Source: Trichoplax adhaerens
Taxonomy: Eukaryota > Animalia > Placozoa
Direction of reading: 5' to 3'
DNA: 64,000 bases
NCBI RefSeq assembly: GCF_000150275.1
Contig: NW_002060945.1
Location: 7,507,684 to 7,571,683, forward strand
Below, piece after piece: positions 12,162 to 27,016 of this stretch (position 1 is its first letter; the number at the start of each line of letters is the position of its first letter). A program made the position numbers and the translations under genes. The notes under the pieces were generated by a model, which made no database searches, was not told the DNA's origin, and saw nothing but the letters and a program-made list of their open reading frames with translations.

Positions 12162-15100
12162 CTATTCACAGATGTTAACTGTCACATTGGGACTGCTATC
12201 AAACGTATCATGATCTAAATACCTTAGCCTGGAGCAATAATTCTAAACAAAAGTGAGGTTTATATGTATTCACGAGATCTCCATTTAAAATTGAAATGAT
12301 AATTAATTAATACTATGCAATAAAAAGTCATTGCCAGCATTGATTAATCGTATGAGCACTATATAAAATTTGCATATTGTTCTACATGCATTATTGCAAA
12401 ATAAATCATTTTAAGGATTACAAGTTCAGAAACCTGGAGGAATACTTTAGGATGACTCATAATACCCTAATGTTATATTGCAACTAATGTATTAACTTGA
12501 TAGATAAACAAGAAAATGCCAAAAAGCATGTGACGTAAAATTTTCATAATTAAAACTCAGCTATCTTGTATCCGTACAACAACCGTTCGTTATACCATAG
12601 CATGACAATCACTTTTGCTTCAAAGGTAAATTTATACAATGTGAGCAGTACCATAACTCTGGGGAGGTTTGCCATCGGTTAATCCTTCATTATTTTGAAC
12701 GGATGAATTATTCTGGCTAGGTGTTGATTCTATTTCTTTCTCTTCACTATTTCCATTATTCTGTGCTGACTGACCCATTGGATGCATTTGACGTAGATAT
12801 GACCTATCTCTAGGACTAGTAGGGTTGGATGATGATAGATTCACTCGTCGATCATGCATCTGAAACAGAATAAGAGAATTAATTTAATTTTATGATTCAC
12901 CGAAGACTTGCTATCGTGTAATACAGTGAGTTACAGTAGCAGATAGACTACCAAAATACTGTTAAGCATACTTCGTGCAACATCAAGGTACTCATGTTAA
13001 TGTCATGGTCACGTAATGATTGATGGGTGGCGTCTAGTGGCAAGCCGTAACCATCCACAAATCCAAGAGAAGGATGCAACATTGCACTATTTGTATTCCT
13101 ATAGTCATACTGCATAGATTGCATATTGGTTGCTATGCCTTCAGAAGTAGTGTCTTCAGATGTAGCCGGTCGGCTATTAAATAGCGTACTAAAATGCTTT
13201 TGTGTATCATAGATAATTATTATAAATTAATTAGCTAAAAAAAGTGTTGAGAAGTTAAAAGAGTAGCATTATTTACGTATGTTACCATACCAAAGACGAT
13301 AAATTTGAGAGTAAATGTTGCTGTGAAGAAAAGCTTGCACTTTCTGATATTGCTGTAGAAAGAAATGGCCCTTATGTGAATGCTCTTAAATTTTTTATAG
13401 TAAAGTAACAGTTTATCGAAGATTGACGTACAATATAGTTGTAAAAGATAATCGTTACCTTGTTCCTTTAGTTTACTTATGTACTGACTAGTTTCGGGAT
13501 TAGGTTTCCACTCCGGATTTTTCATCTGTATTGAAAAATTAGTGTTAACTTGTCATAGAAAATAAGACCAAAGAGAATTACGATATAACCTGAAAGTTAA
13601 TTAGTGATAATTCCATTTTTCCATCACGCGCGGTAGATTGTTGGTTTCTTTCAGGATTATTACTCGATAACCACTAATGTAGGCAAAAATTAAATAACAA
13701 TATTTAATTAAAGGATGTAAGAGTTTAGTAAAGCGAGCATAAATTTATTCATAGTAGAATTTAGCCGGCTGAATAAAGTACCTTTGGATCTCCATGTCGT
13801 TTGATATCCATCTCCGCGAAAGAACAAACATCACCGACACCTATGAATATTACCGTATAGAATAGACAGCTATTTTATGTTTTTTAAATTATACAATAGA
13901 GGTATTATTCAGCTATACCTTCAACTTCTATCGTAAACTGCCTAAAAAAGTCTATTATAGTCAATGACTTTGTTCGTAGAGCATAAAGCAGTACAAAAGG
14001 CGTAATTAAGGGGCTTAGTAGTTCCTCTAGATAGAATGACTTTTGGAAAAAAGTAAATTATTGATATATAAAAATGATTTGAAATAGTTTAATTGAAATA
14101 TTATTTTATCGTTTTACCAATTTATATTGGAATAGGGTTGAAAACTCTTCTCTAATCTATAAACATAGATGTTTGATGATAATTTCAGTTAATTAAAGAA
14201 GTTTTCGATTACTAAAAAAGCCTAAGCATAGAATAAGTTGTGCATTATAACATCAGATATAGTGCTTACGGTAACAGTATGAGCTTGAGTTTTCCAGTCA
14301 TCGGGCATATAATGGATGTGACATAAAATTGATTTCATGGCCTTATGAGGGCATTGAACGTCTTGCTATTGATTAACAAGTAGTAGGCGTAAAAAAGTAA
14401 ATGATATTAGTAATTTCTAGACTAAAGTTACATTATACTGCCCGTAAGATATACAAGGTATGTAGTAGTATTTATGAACCTCATTGGGGATCAATGTTCG
14501 ACATGATGTTATGATGACACCTAATCAAAAGTACAAAATAGAGCAAAATAATTTTATTAGAGTGGTTCAACATAAGCTAAAATGATCGTGCAACAGTTTA
14601 GACTTACCAAGAACAGTTACAGCAGTTAATACATGTTCTACGGTCAACAGAAATTCGTCATAGATTGTTAACGCCAAAAGTACCGCTAACATAGCACCAG
14701 CGAAGAAGGCGATATTTCTAAATAGACAAGTAATTTACCGTAAAGTTACAACTTATGAACAGTATTAATGTATGGAACACTTCCAATTTTGTTTTTAATA
14801 CCATGTTGATGACTAATGACTAAAAACATCTTACTTTGCAATAAGGGCTAATAAATGTGAGTAGAAAATATTCATATACTTTGACGCAGGTTTGTAGGCC
14901 CTACCAAGTCTGAAAGACGAACGAGATCTATTGAGTACTCTATTATGGCATTATGTTAACCCTTGTAAATGAATAATTAAAATCCTGACCTAAGATTTAA
15001 GTCGTGATCTAATTCATTAAAATGCCTCAGGTAATGGCGTGAATATAGTGACCTAATGGGTATTGATTGTATTAGTGCCGCAGTATAGACAAATTAAGTT

Positions 15101-18100
15101 CGAACATAAGATTATCAGTAGTCAGGATAAAGTGTTAATGGACAGTATTTTCACGTACCATCGACGAATTCCTAATCTTCCCGGATCTCTTCGTATAATC
15201 TTGGTTCAAACAGAAAATTGAGATGTTAGCATTGGTGTATTATCTCAACATGACTTAAGAAAATCAAATGATTCTTTCAATAGTTATTGTACAATTCACC
15301 TCAGCATAGGAGAAAAAGGAAAATAATATTTGCCATATGAAAATTATAGGACTGAGGACAATATTTAAAAGAGCAAAGTAAAATATCCTGGTGCTCAATT
15401 GTTCTGCGAGCTCTTGTCTATTGCAATAATATAATTGAAAGAGCAATTCAATATCATATAGCTATGTTCGATAGTGATATCTTTTTGCAGTTATTAAAGC
15501 TTCGTCCATGTCATTTACTGTTACTATATTTTAACAACTGCTGTCCTTTCGGTTTGATTATATAACATGTCTAACCAACCTCTTATTTGCTTTTTTATAA
15601 TCTGGTCGTAAGTGCCAGTCATTATCAAAAGGACTGCCGGGAGCCCCTTTTATACAGTTTAAGAAATAACAAAGTTTGAGTGTTAGATTATAAGTTGATA
15701 ATCAACAATCCGAAAATAATTTTAACACTCGCATACAAAATAGAATTGCTTCCAAATTATATAAATATCCTTTGGTGAAGAATAGTCTGTAAACGATAAT
15801 AGAAAATCCATTACAAACATTAATCAAAATAAAAACTAATAGAATTGAAATTAACGACTTTATACAATTATTTAATCACTTACTAATAAAGTAGAATGTA
15901 GTACGCGTAATACTAACCTTTGTCCAATAAGAGGAACTGTCAATCTTACTGGGATAATATCTTTATTAACCATAGCCACAAGATAATTTGTAAATCTTGA
16001 AATTCTATGGGTAATATCTTTAGAAGATAATAACATTTTAATATCAAAATGATTTGATAATTATGGCGAAGCAAAGATTATATTGATATTATTACCTAAT
16101 TCTGATAATTGTTCTTTATGGATGCACATTTGATGTTCAAGTTGGTATTTCATCATTCTATTTTGGACTTCTTGCCACGTTATATTTTGTAACTCACTCT
16201 GTGGTAAAGATGAAAGGGAACTTATTATTTTCAAATTATTCCGATCTAATTTGAAACGCGGCAATTAGTCATTTTTGTTATAAAATTGCTGTACCGTTGA
16301 TATTTTTAGTGCTTCTGAGTAGAATGATTTGATCTCAATGAAATGCGATAGATTCCATATAATTCTAATGAGACGCATTGCCCAAGAAGTAAAAGCAATT
16401 ACCAAAAAACAAATGATTGAAGTTGTAAATCTGTAAATGAAATGTATATTTAATCAATGCATTTCCAAATTGATTCATCTAGAAATCAGTCCGTGATATA
16501 TTCGCTATAAATTCAAGTTTACTTATTACAATAAAGAGTACACATAGGGTGCTTTCTATTGTTGCATAACATATTATGATGTTGTCAAAAATAATTTGTG
16601 CTTGAATAATGTAAATACTCGTAGTAAGCTAGCATTATTTCAAGTATCAATCATTCGAGCACGATATTCCTATACTATGATTTTTAAAAGATAACATCAC
16701 TTTAGCCTAGAAAGGATGAGCAAAGGATACCATACCTATTAACACATTGTCCAAGGGGTCTAACAGCATCAGGAATAGTGACTTTATGAGAATCACCAGT
16801 ATGTCCGGATGGTAGTTTATCGCCAAATAAGACAGGATAATCGACACAAGTTATCAAGAAAGTTGTAAAGAGGATTATAAAGAGAAATTGCCTAGAGAAA
16901 AATAGAATCGTTGTGGTAAGCATTTTTTAGTCTACCAAGACAAGCTTTTATTAAAGTCAAGAGGTTACTATCGCTCGTATGTAAACTAGCTATTCTCTTT
17001 TGGGCATCCAGCCGATGATATTGATAGAAAAATGAAGCGATTCAAGGAGGAGGAAGTGGACATTATTATCTATAATATCCTTCCTTTTCTTGCATTACAT
17101 CCAGTACTACTGTACATGCATCCATCAAATAAATCGATAAGTAGAGTAGTGAGGAATAAACTCTCTTATTGTGATGACAACAAGCAATTACAAAACGAAA
17201 GCAATATTTTATATTGTCATTAAGTTCTTCGCTTTGTCGTGTTTCTTGTAAGCGAAAATAATGATTGATTACTGTTGTCAACTAATACTAGCCCTAGACC
17301 ATGAAAGACTAGTCGACGCTTCAATTCGATTGATTTTACAGTGCTTAATTGGTTTTTAGGCCGACTATTTTTCAGAGCTTCATTTTGTTCCATCAATAAT
17401 TATCGCTATCAAGATTATTTCAAAAAAGTTTTAACCATAACAGAATACTTACATTAATTCAAAAACGTAATTGAGAATCATATAGGTAAGGCCATGATTA
17501 ATGTAATATTTATAAACCTATAGAATATTGTTGGGAGAAAAATAAATAAGACATCAATTGAGTTATCATGAAGAAATTGATTTCTTTCTTTAAATTCTCT
17601 TCTATTGAACGATAATGATCAACAGTATAAAACTGTAGTTAAGAAATATTGTTACTTTACTTTACTGCTATTATTGTAAAGATGAGCTATGGTACATTCA
17701 TGGATTGCTTTGCTATTGAAGACATTATTGATGGAGGAGATTGGATACTGTTAGGACATGACTCTTTGAAGTCCTCTTCTCGCGTAGTATACTGAACAAG
17801 CATTACTGTAAGGTGATCGGAGATTATTTCGACATACGCTATAAGGCTAGATAAGTTATATGATTGCTTTCCTGGAAAAAGCAATACTCATCGAGGAGAT
17901 GGCTTACTTGTACTAGTAGGATAGGATGGTTGAAATTTACTTTGTAGCCTCGTATTGTCGAATAGACGAGTCCGTGACTGCTCCATATGGGCATATAGAA
18001 GGGTTTTTGCCTATTTCAACCTAAGCTTAAAAGCTTGGATATAATGTGAATCGACAGTTAGATGGTCTTTGAACTATCGTTGTAGAAATAATTCTGGATA

Positions 18101-19088
18101 GCTCCGTGATCATCCCATAAAATGCGATCCGATTGACTACAGTCAACATAGATGGATCGCATTAGTATTGAAGAAGATACTGTTGATCTAAGAAATGGAT
18201 AGGATAGAATCGAATGGATCTTGTCGAATATATTTTACTATGGTCTTTGAACTATCGTTGTTGAAATAATTCGGGATAGCTCCATGATCATCCCATAAAA
18301 TACGATGCGATTGACTACAGTCAACATAGATGGATCGCATTCGTATTGAAGAGGATACTGTTGATCCGACAAATGGATAGGTTAGAATTATGTTGAATAT
18401 ATTTTACTATAAGACCATTGAAGTTAAAAGGACTATTTGAAGACACATTTCAAGATTGGATGGGATAGAACTCAACAGTGTCTATCTGTGCCATGGATAG
18501 ATTGTTTTGGTATGGAAGTGGATCCTGTTGATCTAGGACATGGGTAGGATAGAATGGAATTGATGTTATCGAATACACCTTACTGCAAGACGATTTAACT
18601 TGAAAAGACTCTTTTCAAGGCACACTTCAAGGTTGGATAGGATGAAAATAAACAGTATCTATCTCCATCGAGCTATCATCATCATCATCGTTTCCACTAG
18701 TATGGATAGCTAGCTCAGTTTAATACCATGCCCATGCGATGTTGATGATTGAGCGAAAAGCAAAGAAGAAAAATCAAGCTCTCCGTCCATTTACAACATG
18801 GACAATATTAGCTGATCGAATGACGTACCCTCCGAAAGAAAACATCCAAATTCTCGATATGATTCCATCGTGCTAACAAAAAAGAAGAAAATTGTATCGA
18901 TGGATGATATCCATAGACAAATAGATGATTTCTATCTTAGTATAGAGAAGAAATAGCAAACCTTTCTTGACATTGCTTTCTTCGTGTACAGTATGAAATT
19001 CATTCAAATAACGTGGAGGTACTTCTTCAGATCCACTTTCCTCCGGTGTATCAGCCAGTAATCTCGTATAAACTGTTTGTAACGGCAT
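12162..19088 (-). CDS. ATG9: Autophagy-related protein 9, more than 20 exons; last 1-2 exons uncertain
   Basis: Spliced peptides RWNHIENLDVFFRRVY, TTFLITCVDY, ITHRISRFTNYLVAMVNK, RHFNELDH, HIHYMPDDW, LEELLSPLITP, GVGDVCSFAEMDIKRHG, GKMELSLINF. Confidence 0.95.
17900..18680. repeat. Degenerate ~175-bp tandem array in ATG9 intron 2 (about 4 units)
   Basis: TGGTCTTTGAACTATCGTTG at 18063 and 18241 (near-identical pair), with more diverged units near 18410 and 18590. Confidence 0.85.
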
Positions 19089-19779
19089 CTTGACAATCTT
19101 CTCCACTCACTACTTTATTCTACACCGACTAATTTTACCAATTAACCAGGATAAAATAGATGAAAGTCGATTAAAAAGCGAACCAAATTATTTCTCTCCT
19201 GCCATGCCAAGATGATTTCATCGTTGAATGAGCCAGACTGGACGAGAATGGATGATTTTCTAGCGTTGCTATACGCTATCCTAAGCTGCCACGCTATTAT
19301 ACGATACAGTATAGATTGAAGAGTATCCTTTGCGATATTCTACTCGTTGTATGCAGTCCTCTGCGACAGACGGACGGAAATCCCCTCGACCGCTGCTTCA
19401 GCCAGCTGGACCGACTCTGTCCGTCCGTTATCGTCGACTATATGGTGTATCATACGGTAGTCCGATCGATTAGAGTACAGTATAGGATGGTCAAATGTTT
19501 ACATTAGATTTGACTCACGCTTAGACGATAGGGTCTCAAAACAGAGATCAGAATATACCAATTATACTCGATTCGATCGCTCCTTACGGTTTATTATAGC
19601 GATCGACGATTGTTTACAAAAACAATGCTGTTCTCGTCCGGCAAGTTTCGGCGTATCCGCACGTCACCCTACAAGAGATTGTTTACCACGGATACGGACG
19701 GAAGGATATGGACGGAATGTCCTCGGTAGCCATGACTAAAAATATTTAATGACGCAATGCCGGCAAAATATTTTTACTA

Positions 19780-21600
19780 GCAGTGGGAGGTTTATCCTGA
19801 GTAGGGATGATATCAAGGAGGTTGGAAATATCGCCTGGGTGATGATATGAATGGACTTGGATTGTGTTTTATTGCACAATGTTGGTAAATATCCTTACAA
19901 GGGACGATGTAGAAGTTGGAAATGTCGGCTGAATGATGATAAGAAATGTAGAATATTTTTCAAAACAGGATACCAGTCAGTATTGTTGGATATGTCAGCT
20001 CAGAAATGATATGATTGTGCTTGGACAGTAATTCTACTCCACAATGATGATGAGAAATGTACAATATTTTTCAAAATAGGATAGCAGTATCGTTGGATAT
20101 GTCAGCTCAGAAATGATATGAATGTGCTTGGACAGTAATTCTACTCCACAATGATGATGAGAAATGTAGAATATTTTTCAAACAGGATATCAGTATCGTT
20201 GGATATGTCAGCTCAGAAATGATATGAATGTGCTTGGATAGTAATTCTACTCTACAACGATGATAAGAAACGTAGAATATTTTTTAAAAGAGGATATCAG
20301 TATCGTTGGATATGTCAGCTCAGAAATGATATGAATGTGCTTGGACAGTAATTCTACTCTACAACGATGATGAGAAATGTAGAATATTTTTCAACACAGG
20401 ATATCAGTATCGTTGGATATGTCAGCTCAGAAATGATATGAATGTGCTTGGACAGTAATTCTACTCTACAACGATGATGAGAAATGTAGAATATTTTTCA
20501 ACACAGGATATCAGTATCGTTGGATATGTCAGCTCAGAAATGATATGAATGTGCTTGGACAGTAATTCTACTCTACAACGATGATGAGAAATGTAGAATA
20601 TTTTCTAAACAGAATATCAGTATTGTTGGATATATCAGCTCAGAAGTGATATGAATGTGCTTGGACAGTAATTCTACTCTACAACGATGATAAGAAATGT
20701 AGAATATTTTTCAAAAGAGGATAGCAGTATCGTTGGATATATCAGCTCAGTAATGATATGAATGTGCTTGGATAGTAATTCTACTCTACAATAATAATAA
20801 TGTAGAATATTTTTACAAGGATGTTATCAGTATCGTTGGATATATCAGCTCAGAAGTGATATGAATGGGCTTGGACAGTAATTCTACTCTACAACGATGA
20901 TAAGAAATGTAGAATATTTTTCAAAAGAGGATAGCAGTATCGTTGGATATATCAGCTCAGTAATGATATGAATGTGCTTGGATAATATTTTATTATACAT
21001 GATACATATTATGTTATCGGCTCAGTAATAATATGAATATACTTGGATAGTATTTTATTACACATTGCTGGTGAACATTCTTACAAGGGCTGATATAGAA
21101 GTGGAGTGAAAAATGTCGGCTGCGTGATGATAGGGATATGCTTGGATAGTGATTCTACTATGCAATCATGTTATAATTCTGCTTGTAATAATAATTATAT
21201 ACAGTAATATAGAATATCTTTACAAGGATGATATCAATGTGGTTGGATATATCAGCTCAGTACTAATACGAATGTACTTAGATAATATTTTATGGCACAA
21301 TGTTATCGGCTCAGTGAGGATATGAATGCACTTGGATAGTATTTTATCACACAATGCTGGTAAACATCCTTACAAATGATGATATAGAAATGGAGTTGGA
21401 AATGTCGACTGAGTGATGATAGGAATATGCTTGGATAGTAATTCTACCATACAATACTAATATTTATATAATATAAAATACTTTTGGCAAGGGTGATATC
21501 AATGTGCTTACAAGTGATGATATCAACGAGATTGAAAATATCAGCTCTGTAATGACAGGAGTATACTTGGATAATAATGCACAAGGGTGTAACAATTTCA
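19780..21600. repeat. 107-bp tandem array upstream of ATG9: about 10 homogeneous central units with diverged flanks
   Basis: TTGGATAT(G/A)TCAGCTCAG recurs near 19986, 20093, 20199, 20306, 20413, 20520, 20626, 20733, 20836, 20943. Confidence 0.95.
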
Positions 21601-22387
21601 GCTAATGTATGTTGAAATGCATTTTATTTTGTTATGCTTAACGATTGAATCAAAGCAGACATGCAGAAATGGCCCAAAGGACGGACGACAGGGATAAAAT
21701 CGACAAATAGTATGGTATAATGGTGCAACAGGTTTAGAATTGCGAGTACATTAGGGATATCCAGCTATTTCATGTTATTAATATCTACACTTCGCCAAGC
21801 GTGGATGATATACCCTGCTACTGCAGTCTAGTCTGGTGTTAAAATTTCAGCTTATTCCACGATTGTATTCATTAATTAATTAATCTTCTAACTTATAGTT
21901 AGAAATGCGGCTAAAAGAGTTCGTCTCCTAAAAGTCTATTACACTGGAAAATACAAAATCAAAACTGAACACACAGCGTACAGTATTATACTTGTAGTAT
22001 GATAAGCATAAGGCATACGAATAGTAGCAGTAAAAAGACTCAGATCTATAATTCCTTATTTTTATTTTTCAATATTCTGTTCAACTGATATATTCATTAA
22101 AGATGCAATAAACGTAAAGTATTCTTACAAAAGCCTTATATATGATAATTTCATTTACGCTTATTCTGTAATTATTTCCAAAACATTCTCGTAGTAAGCT
22201 GAGCGTCTTTATGCAAAGGCTTGATTTTAAAAACATCTTCCCTAGAGAAAACAACTAAAAAAATAGCTTATCAATATAGGTACTATTATACAAGGATCAA
22301 CACTTTTATCGATAGGATAGAAAAATAGGACAATTTTTAACATTCAGTTTTAGGTATGAATGTTCTGTTGAGTCAATATTACGTAAA

Positions 22388-25300
22388 TTATATTCTTGTC
22401 ACTCGAAGGTGGAGATCTGGATTTGGCCTCATGGTTAGTCGCATTTTACGAATAATTTTCACCTCTGGTACAAGCGAGAATGACAATTTGTTAAGTAATA
22501 TTGCTAGTACAGTTTTCATTTCAGCTAGGGCAAATTTATTTCCAATGCATGTTCTAGGCCCCGCTAGAAATGGCACATAGCTGTATTTATCCGTATAGTT
22601 GGAATCTTCCCAGCGGTCAGGATTAAATTGTAACGGGTCGGGGAAATAATCCGGCAATCTGTGGTTATGAATTAATCATCACAAATATAGGATACATCAA
22701 TGTATGTATAAAATCAAACATAGCGGCTATTTTTAACATCATCACAACGCTTTCGAAAGGAACAAGTCACAATCTATAACAGCTAATGATACGCATACCT
22801 GTGAGGTGGTACAATAGTAATTACTGTTCCCTTAGGTATATCATATTTATCAATCTTATCATCATTGATTGCCACACGAAATGTCATAGGTGCAGGAGAG
22901 AATAATCTTCAATAGATTATAGAGAGAGAAAAATAATTTCAGTATCGATTATATTTCAAGCCTTTCAATTTTTGCAATTAGACAAACTAATCCTTTAATT
23001 AACAAACGATGAATAAACCTAAGAGATTCTTTAATGGCGTTTTCAAGATATGGTAATTTTTCTAGAACATCCAATGTTATCAAATGATGTTCCTCTAATA
23101 CCATCCTAATTTCTCTGCGTACTTTCTCCTGCACATCTGGATTACTGGCTAATGCATACAATGTCCACGTCATAGAAACACTTGTTGTCTACAATCAAAA
23201 TGTATCACAGAAATTAAAGATGGCAGAAAATTGACTCAACTACGATTAGGCAGATCTTTTAGCTGAAAAATTACGTTTACAATTTGTTGTATGATATCAT
23301 AACAAAACCTTACTTCATGACCGGTAAAGAGAAAAGTCATAATTTGATCGTGTAATTCCTGCTGGGTTACACACGGGTTTAAATTTTCATCTCTTAATGA
23401 CAACATAGTGTCTAAAATGCTTTTATGTTCAGTATTAACTTCTTCTGCAAATAAAATAGTATTTCGTGATATAGTTACTGTGCATCTCTACAGATTGTAG
23501 AAGAGGATCAATACGTTGAAGGATTATTTCGTGTACAGAGAAAAATACTTACCTGTATTTAGTTCTTGTAATTTTTTAGCAATAACTGTATCAACAACAT
23601 CATGACAGCGTTTAAGAGACTTTGCAAAATTGACATTCCGCGCTATCGGAATATTTCTTATGATAGGAATCATGCTCATAAATCTAATGTTGCATAGTCG
23701 ATAAATTAGTTTCACTTTTTAAGTTGATGGAGAAAAGGGTGTATCGGTATATACCTGGCACATTATATTATCGGTTGCAGTTTTAGCAGTGCTGTATAGT
23801 TGATTATGTTGTATTTCTAATGTAGCATATACTTACGATAGTTCACTACCAGTTATTATAGTCCGGAAACTTTCAGAGATATCATTACCCTTATCTTCTA
23901 GGGAGTTACATTGGAAATCAAAGATGCCTTTGCATGTGATATCTAACGTTAGCCTAGTTAAATCTTTTAGTATATCTATCTTCACTACATTATTTTTGAC
24001 TTCTTCGAACCATAATGAGGCTAGTAGATCTCCATAATGTTGAAACATTGGAACTAGCGCTAAAAATATGAATAATCAAACTGGTGTCATAGTCTTATGT
24101 TATTTGCTTGCTATAGGGCAATAAAGAACAATATGCTATGGATAAAAAAACTTGTACTAAAGTAGCTTATATACGAAGTTAAAGTTTGTAGGCGCTGGTC
24201 CTGCTACTTAATATATATCTATTTCATACCTTTAATTTTGGAATATTTAAAAATAGGATTAAGAACTTTTCGTTGCTCTGTGTGAGTCTTTCCTTCAGAA
24301 GACGTTACACCGTTGCCGAATAAAGGCTTAATAAGCCTAAATGAAATCAGTATTAAAGTATAAATAAACTGCTACATTAACAACATTACCAAAACACGGT
24401 ATATAAATAGATCAAAAACAATGTCATTGGCAGGTTACACAAATATAATACGTCTAACAACAAGTTCTATTTTACATCAGATATCTTATCCATTCCGTAC
24501 CTTAAGATATAGGCAGGCTTTTGATAATTTTCACTATTTGTTACTAAGACATGCTTAATTGCTTTTGGATCTAATATTGCAACACGATCTTCATTCAGCA
24601 AAGACTGATAGCAGAATATTTGTCCATAGGTAGCGCTCCATCTGTGATGATGGAAACAGTGCCATCTTAAATACTTAACTACTGTTTGGTGTGAGGGTAT
24701 ACGAATGCAGCATATTTATCCAATCATTAAAAAATCAGAAAAGCATATGCAATACTTCAATTAGTTTTTGGTAATATACTTACTCAAAGAATGGTTCTGC
24801 TGGTTCATTTTTCAGCAATGTTAGCATTTGACCTAGCGGTGACCAGGTAAACGGTCCCGGCATCTAAAAGTGTTTCATGAAAGCGTTATATTTATAATAT
24901 TTATATTGGTAAAATTAGTAGCTTTATGTACATCCCAAACATTATTGTCTCGTAGATGATTAGGTGCGTTAAAGAAAGGAAAATAAAAGTAAAAATACGT
25001 ACAATATCTATCAGATGTTACTGTATAATGTATATCGTAGAGTATGCCAAAGTTAACTGCCGCAGGTATAGTCTGCAGATACCATAGCTAAATTAGATGT
25101 TATCGATACACGTACATATCGTAGAACAGCAACTCTTTCATCATTTTCAATTTGCATAAGTTATTTAGTAGAAGATATAATTTGATGCTGATACTTGCAT
25201 CGACGTGATTGATACATAAAGTAGAATGATAATTTTTTCATCATTTCCAATTTGCATAAGCGATTTACATGACATGATTTGATGCTATGGTACTACATCT

Positions 25301-25982
25301 GCATTACAGTAGACCAGCAACCCTTTCATCCTTTTCAATTTGCATAACCTATTTAGTAGAAGACACAATTTGATGCTATATAATAGCGCATCTACATTGT
25401 CTATATACAGTAGAATAGCAACTCTCATCATTTCAACTTGTATCAGCTGTTTAGTAGAAGACATGATTTGATGCTATGATACTGTATCTACAGTACGTTA
25501 TTGATACACATATTCATTATTTCCAAATTGCATAAGCGATTTCCATGATCTGATGTTATGATACTGCATCTACATTATTGATACATATAACCTGTACAGT
25601 AGAACATAAGCGATTTACAAGATATGATCTGATGTTATGATACTGCATCTACATTACTGATACACATAACCGTACAATAGAACAACAACTCTTTCATTAC
25701 TTTCAAATTGCATAAGCGATTTACAAGATAGGATCTGATGTTATGATACTGCATCTACATTATTAACACCTATCCCGTGCTGCAGAACAACAACTCATTT
25801 ATCATTTCCAATTTGCGTAAGCGATTTGTAAGATATGATTTGATGCTATAATACTGCATCTACATAGCACTTACTCTTCTTAAAGGAGACAATTTCTTCT
25901 TCACAAAATAGCGATAAATGAACCAGCAAAAGAATATCGTAAGTATCCATGACATTGCGCTCGTACTTGCTAGCCAACCCAT
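22388..25982 (-). CDS. Microsomal cytochrome P450, 10 exons; family not assigned
   Basis: N-terminal TM anchor plus PGP hinge, I-helix [11 protein letters not shown]-helix ESLR, meander FNPDRW, heme motif [10 protein letters not shown]. Confidence 0.95.
25125..25865. repeat. Degenerate ~90-105-bp tandem array in CYP intron 1 (about 8 units)
   Basis: Recurring CAA(T/A)TTGCATAAG...TGATGCTAT..TACTGCATCTACA near 25148, 25248, 25336, 25434, 25524, 25704, 25810. Confidence 0.88.
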
Positions 25983-26317
25983 AACTTCACACAAGTTTTG
26001 CAGACTTTTTTCGGTAGAGGATAATTTGTGGATCTTGTTGTAGTAGTTTCTAATTATTCTTGCTGCAGTAGATTGAATAGAACCTCAGGAATTCCGTTAA
26101 GAAACATTATAATGACTTCATGATCCATCCAATGAGAGTCAGATCATGTTTTATGCCATCAGCTCCAGCTTGGCTCCTCTCAGCTTAGCAATCACGAAAT
26201 GTTTTGTCAAGCTGATTATACTACTCTACCGTATTACAGCTAACTTCTATTCTTACACTTGTAGTTGCCGCCATCATCTGATGTACTCTGTATGAGCCGC
26301 AATAATGAAATGGGTAC

Positions 26318-27016
26318 CAACCCTATCATGTCGCTTCGTATACTATTGCATAGCGTAAGAATACTACAAGAATGGAGTTGTCAATGCTCTATCTTCCGAA
26401 TAGCAAAAGTCCACAGGGGAAAATCAAGGATTTAAGTATACATTGCTCTACGATTGCTGCATTTTTATCGAGCTCTAGTCATAGGCTTTAAGCTGTACGC
26501 GTCTATACTCTGATTGAATTCCACCCTTGTATTGCAACTGCATGCTAATAATTTAGTAGCCCTATACTTTCAGCTCCTACATTAGTCTCCAGCGGCAATG
26601 TAAAAATGGACCTCCGACAATTGTTTTACTCTTCTAGCAAGTATAGGATTGACAAGCAAATTGTACAACCCTATCATGTCGCTTCGTATACCATTGCATA
26701 GCGCAAGAATACTACAAGAATGGAGTTGTCAATGCTCTATCTTCCGAATAGCAAAATTCCACAGGGGAAAATCAAGGATTTAAGTATACATTGCTCTACG
26801 ATTGCTGCATTTTTTTCGAGCTCTAGTCATAGGCTTTAAGCTGTACGCGTCTATACTCTGATTGAATTCCACCCTTGTATTGCAACTGCATGCTAATAAT
26901 TTAGTAGCCCTATACTTTCAGCTCCTACATTAGTCTCCAGCGGCAATGTAAAAATGGACCTCCGACAATTGTTTTACTCTTCTAGCAAGTATAGGGTTGA
27001 CAAGCAAATTGTACAA
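26318..27016. repeat. 348-bp near-perfect tandem duplication upstream of the CYP gene
   Basis: CAACCCTATCATGTCGCTTCG at 26318 and 26666; about 5 substitutions seen between copies. Confidence 0.93.

Noticed and set aside
16720-16740. Possible U12-type donor GTATCCTT in ATG9
   Set aside because: The canonical donor 5 nt upstream (AG|GTATGG) keeps the frame; the U12-like site would not.
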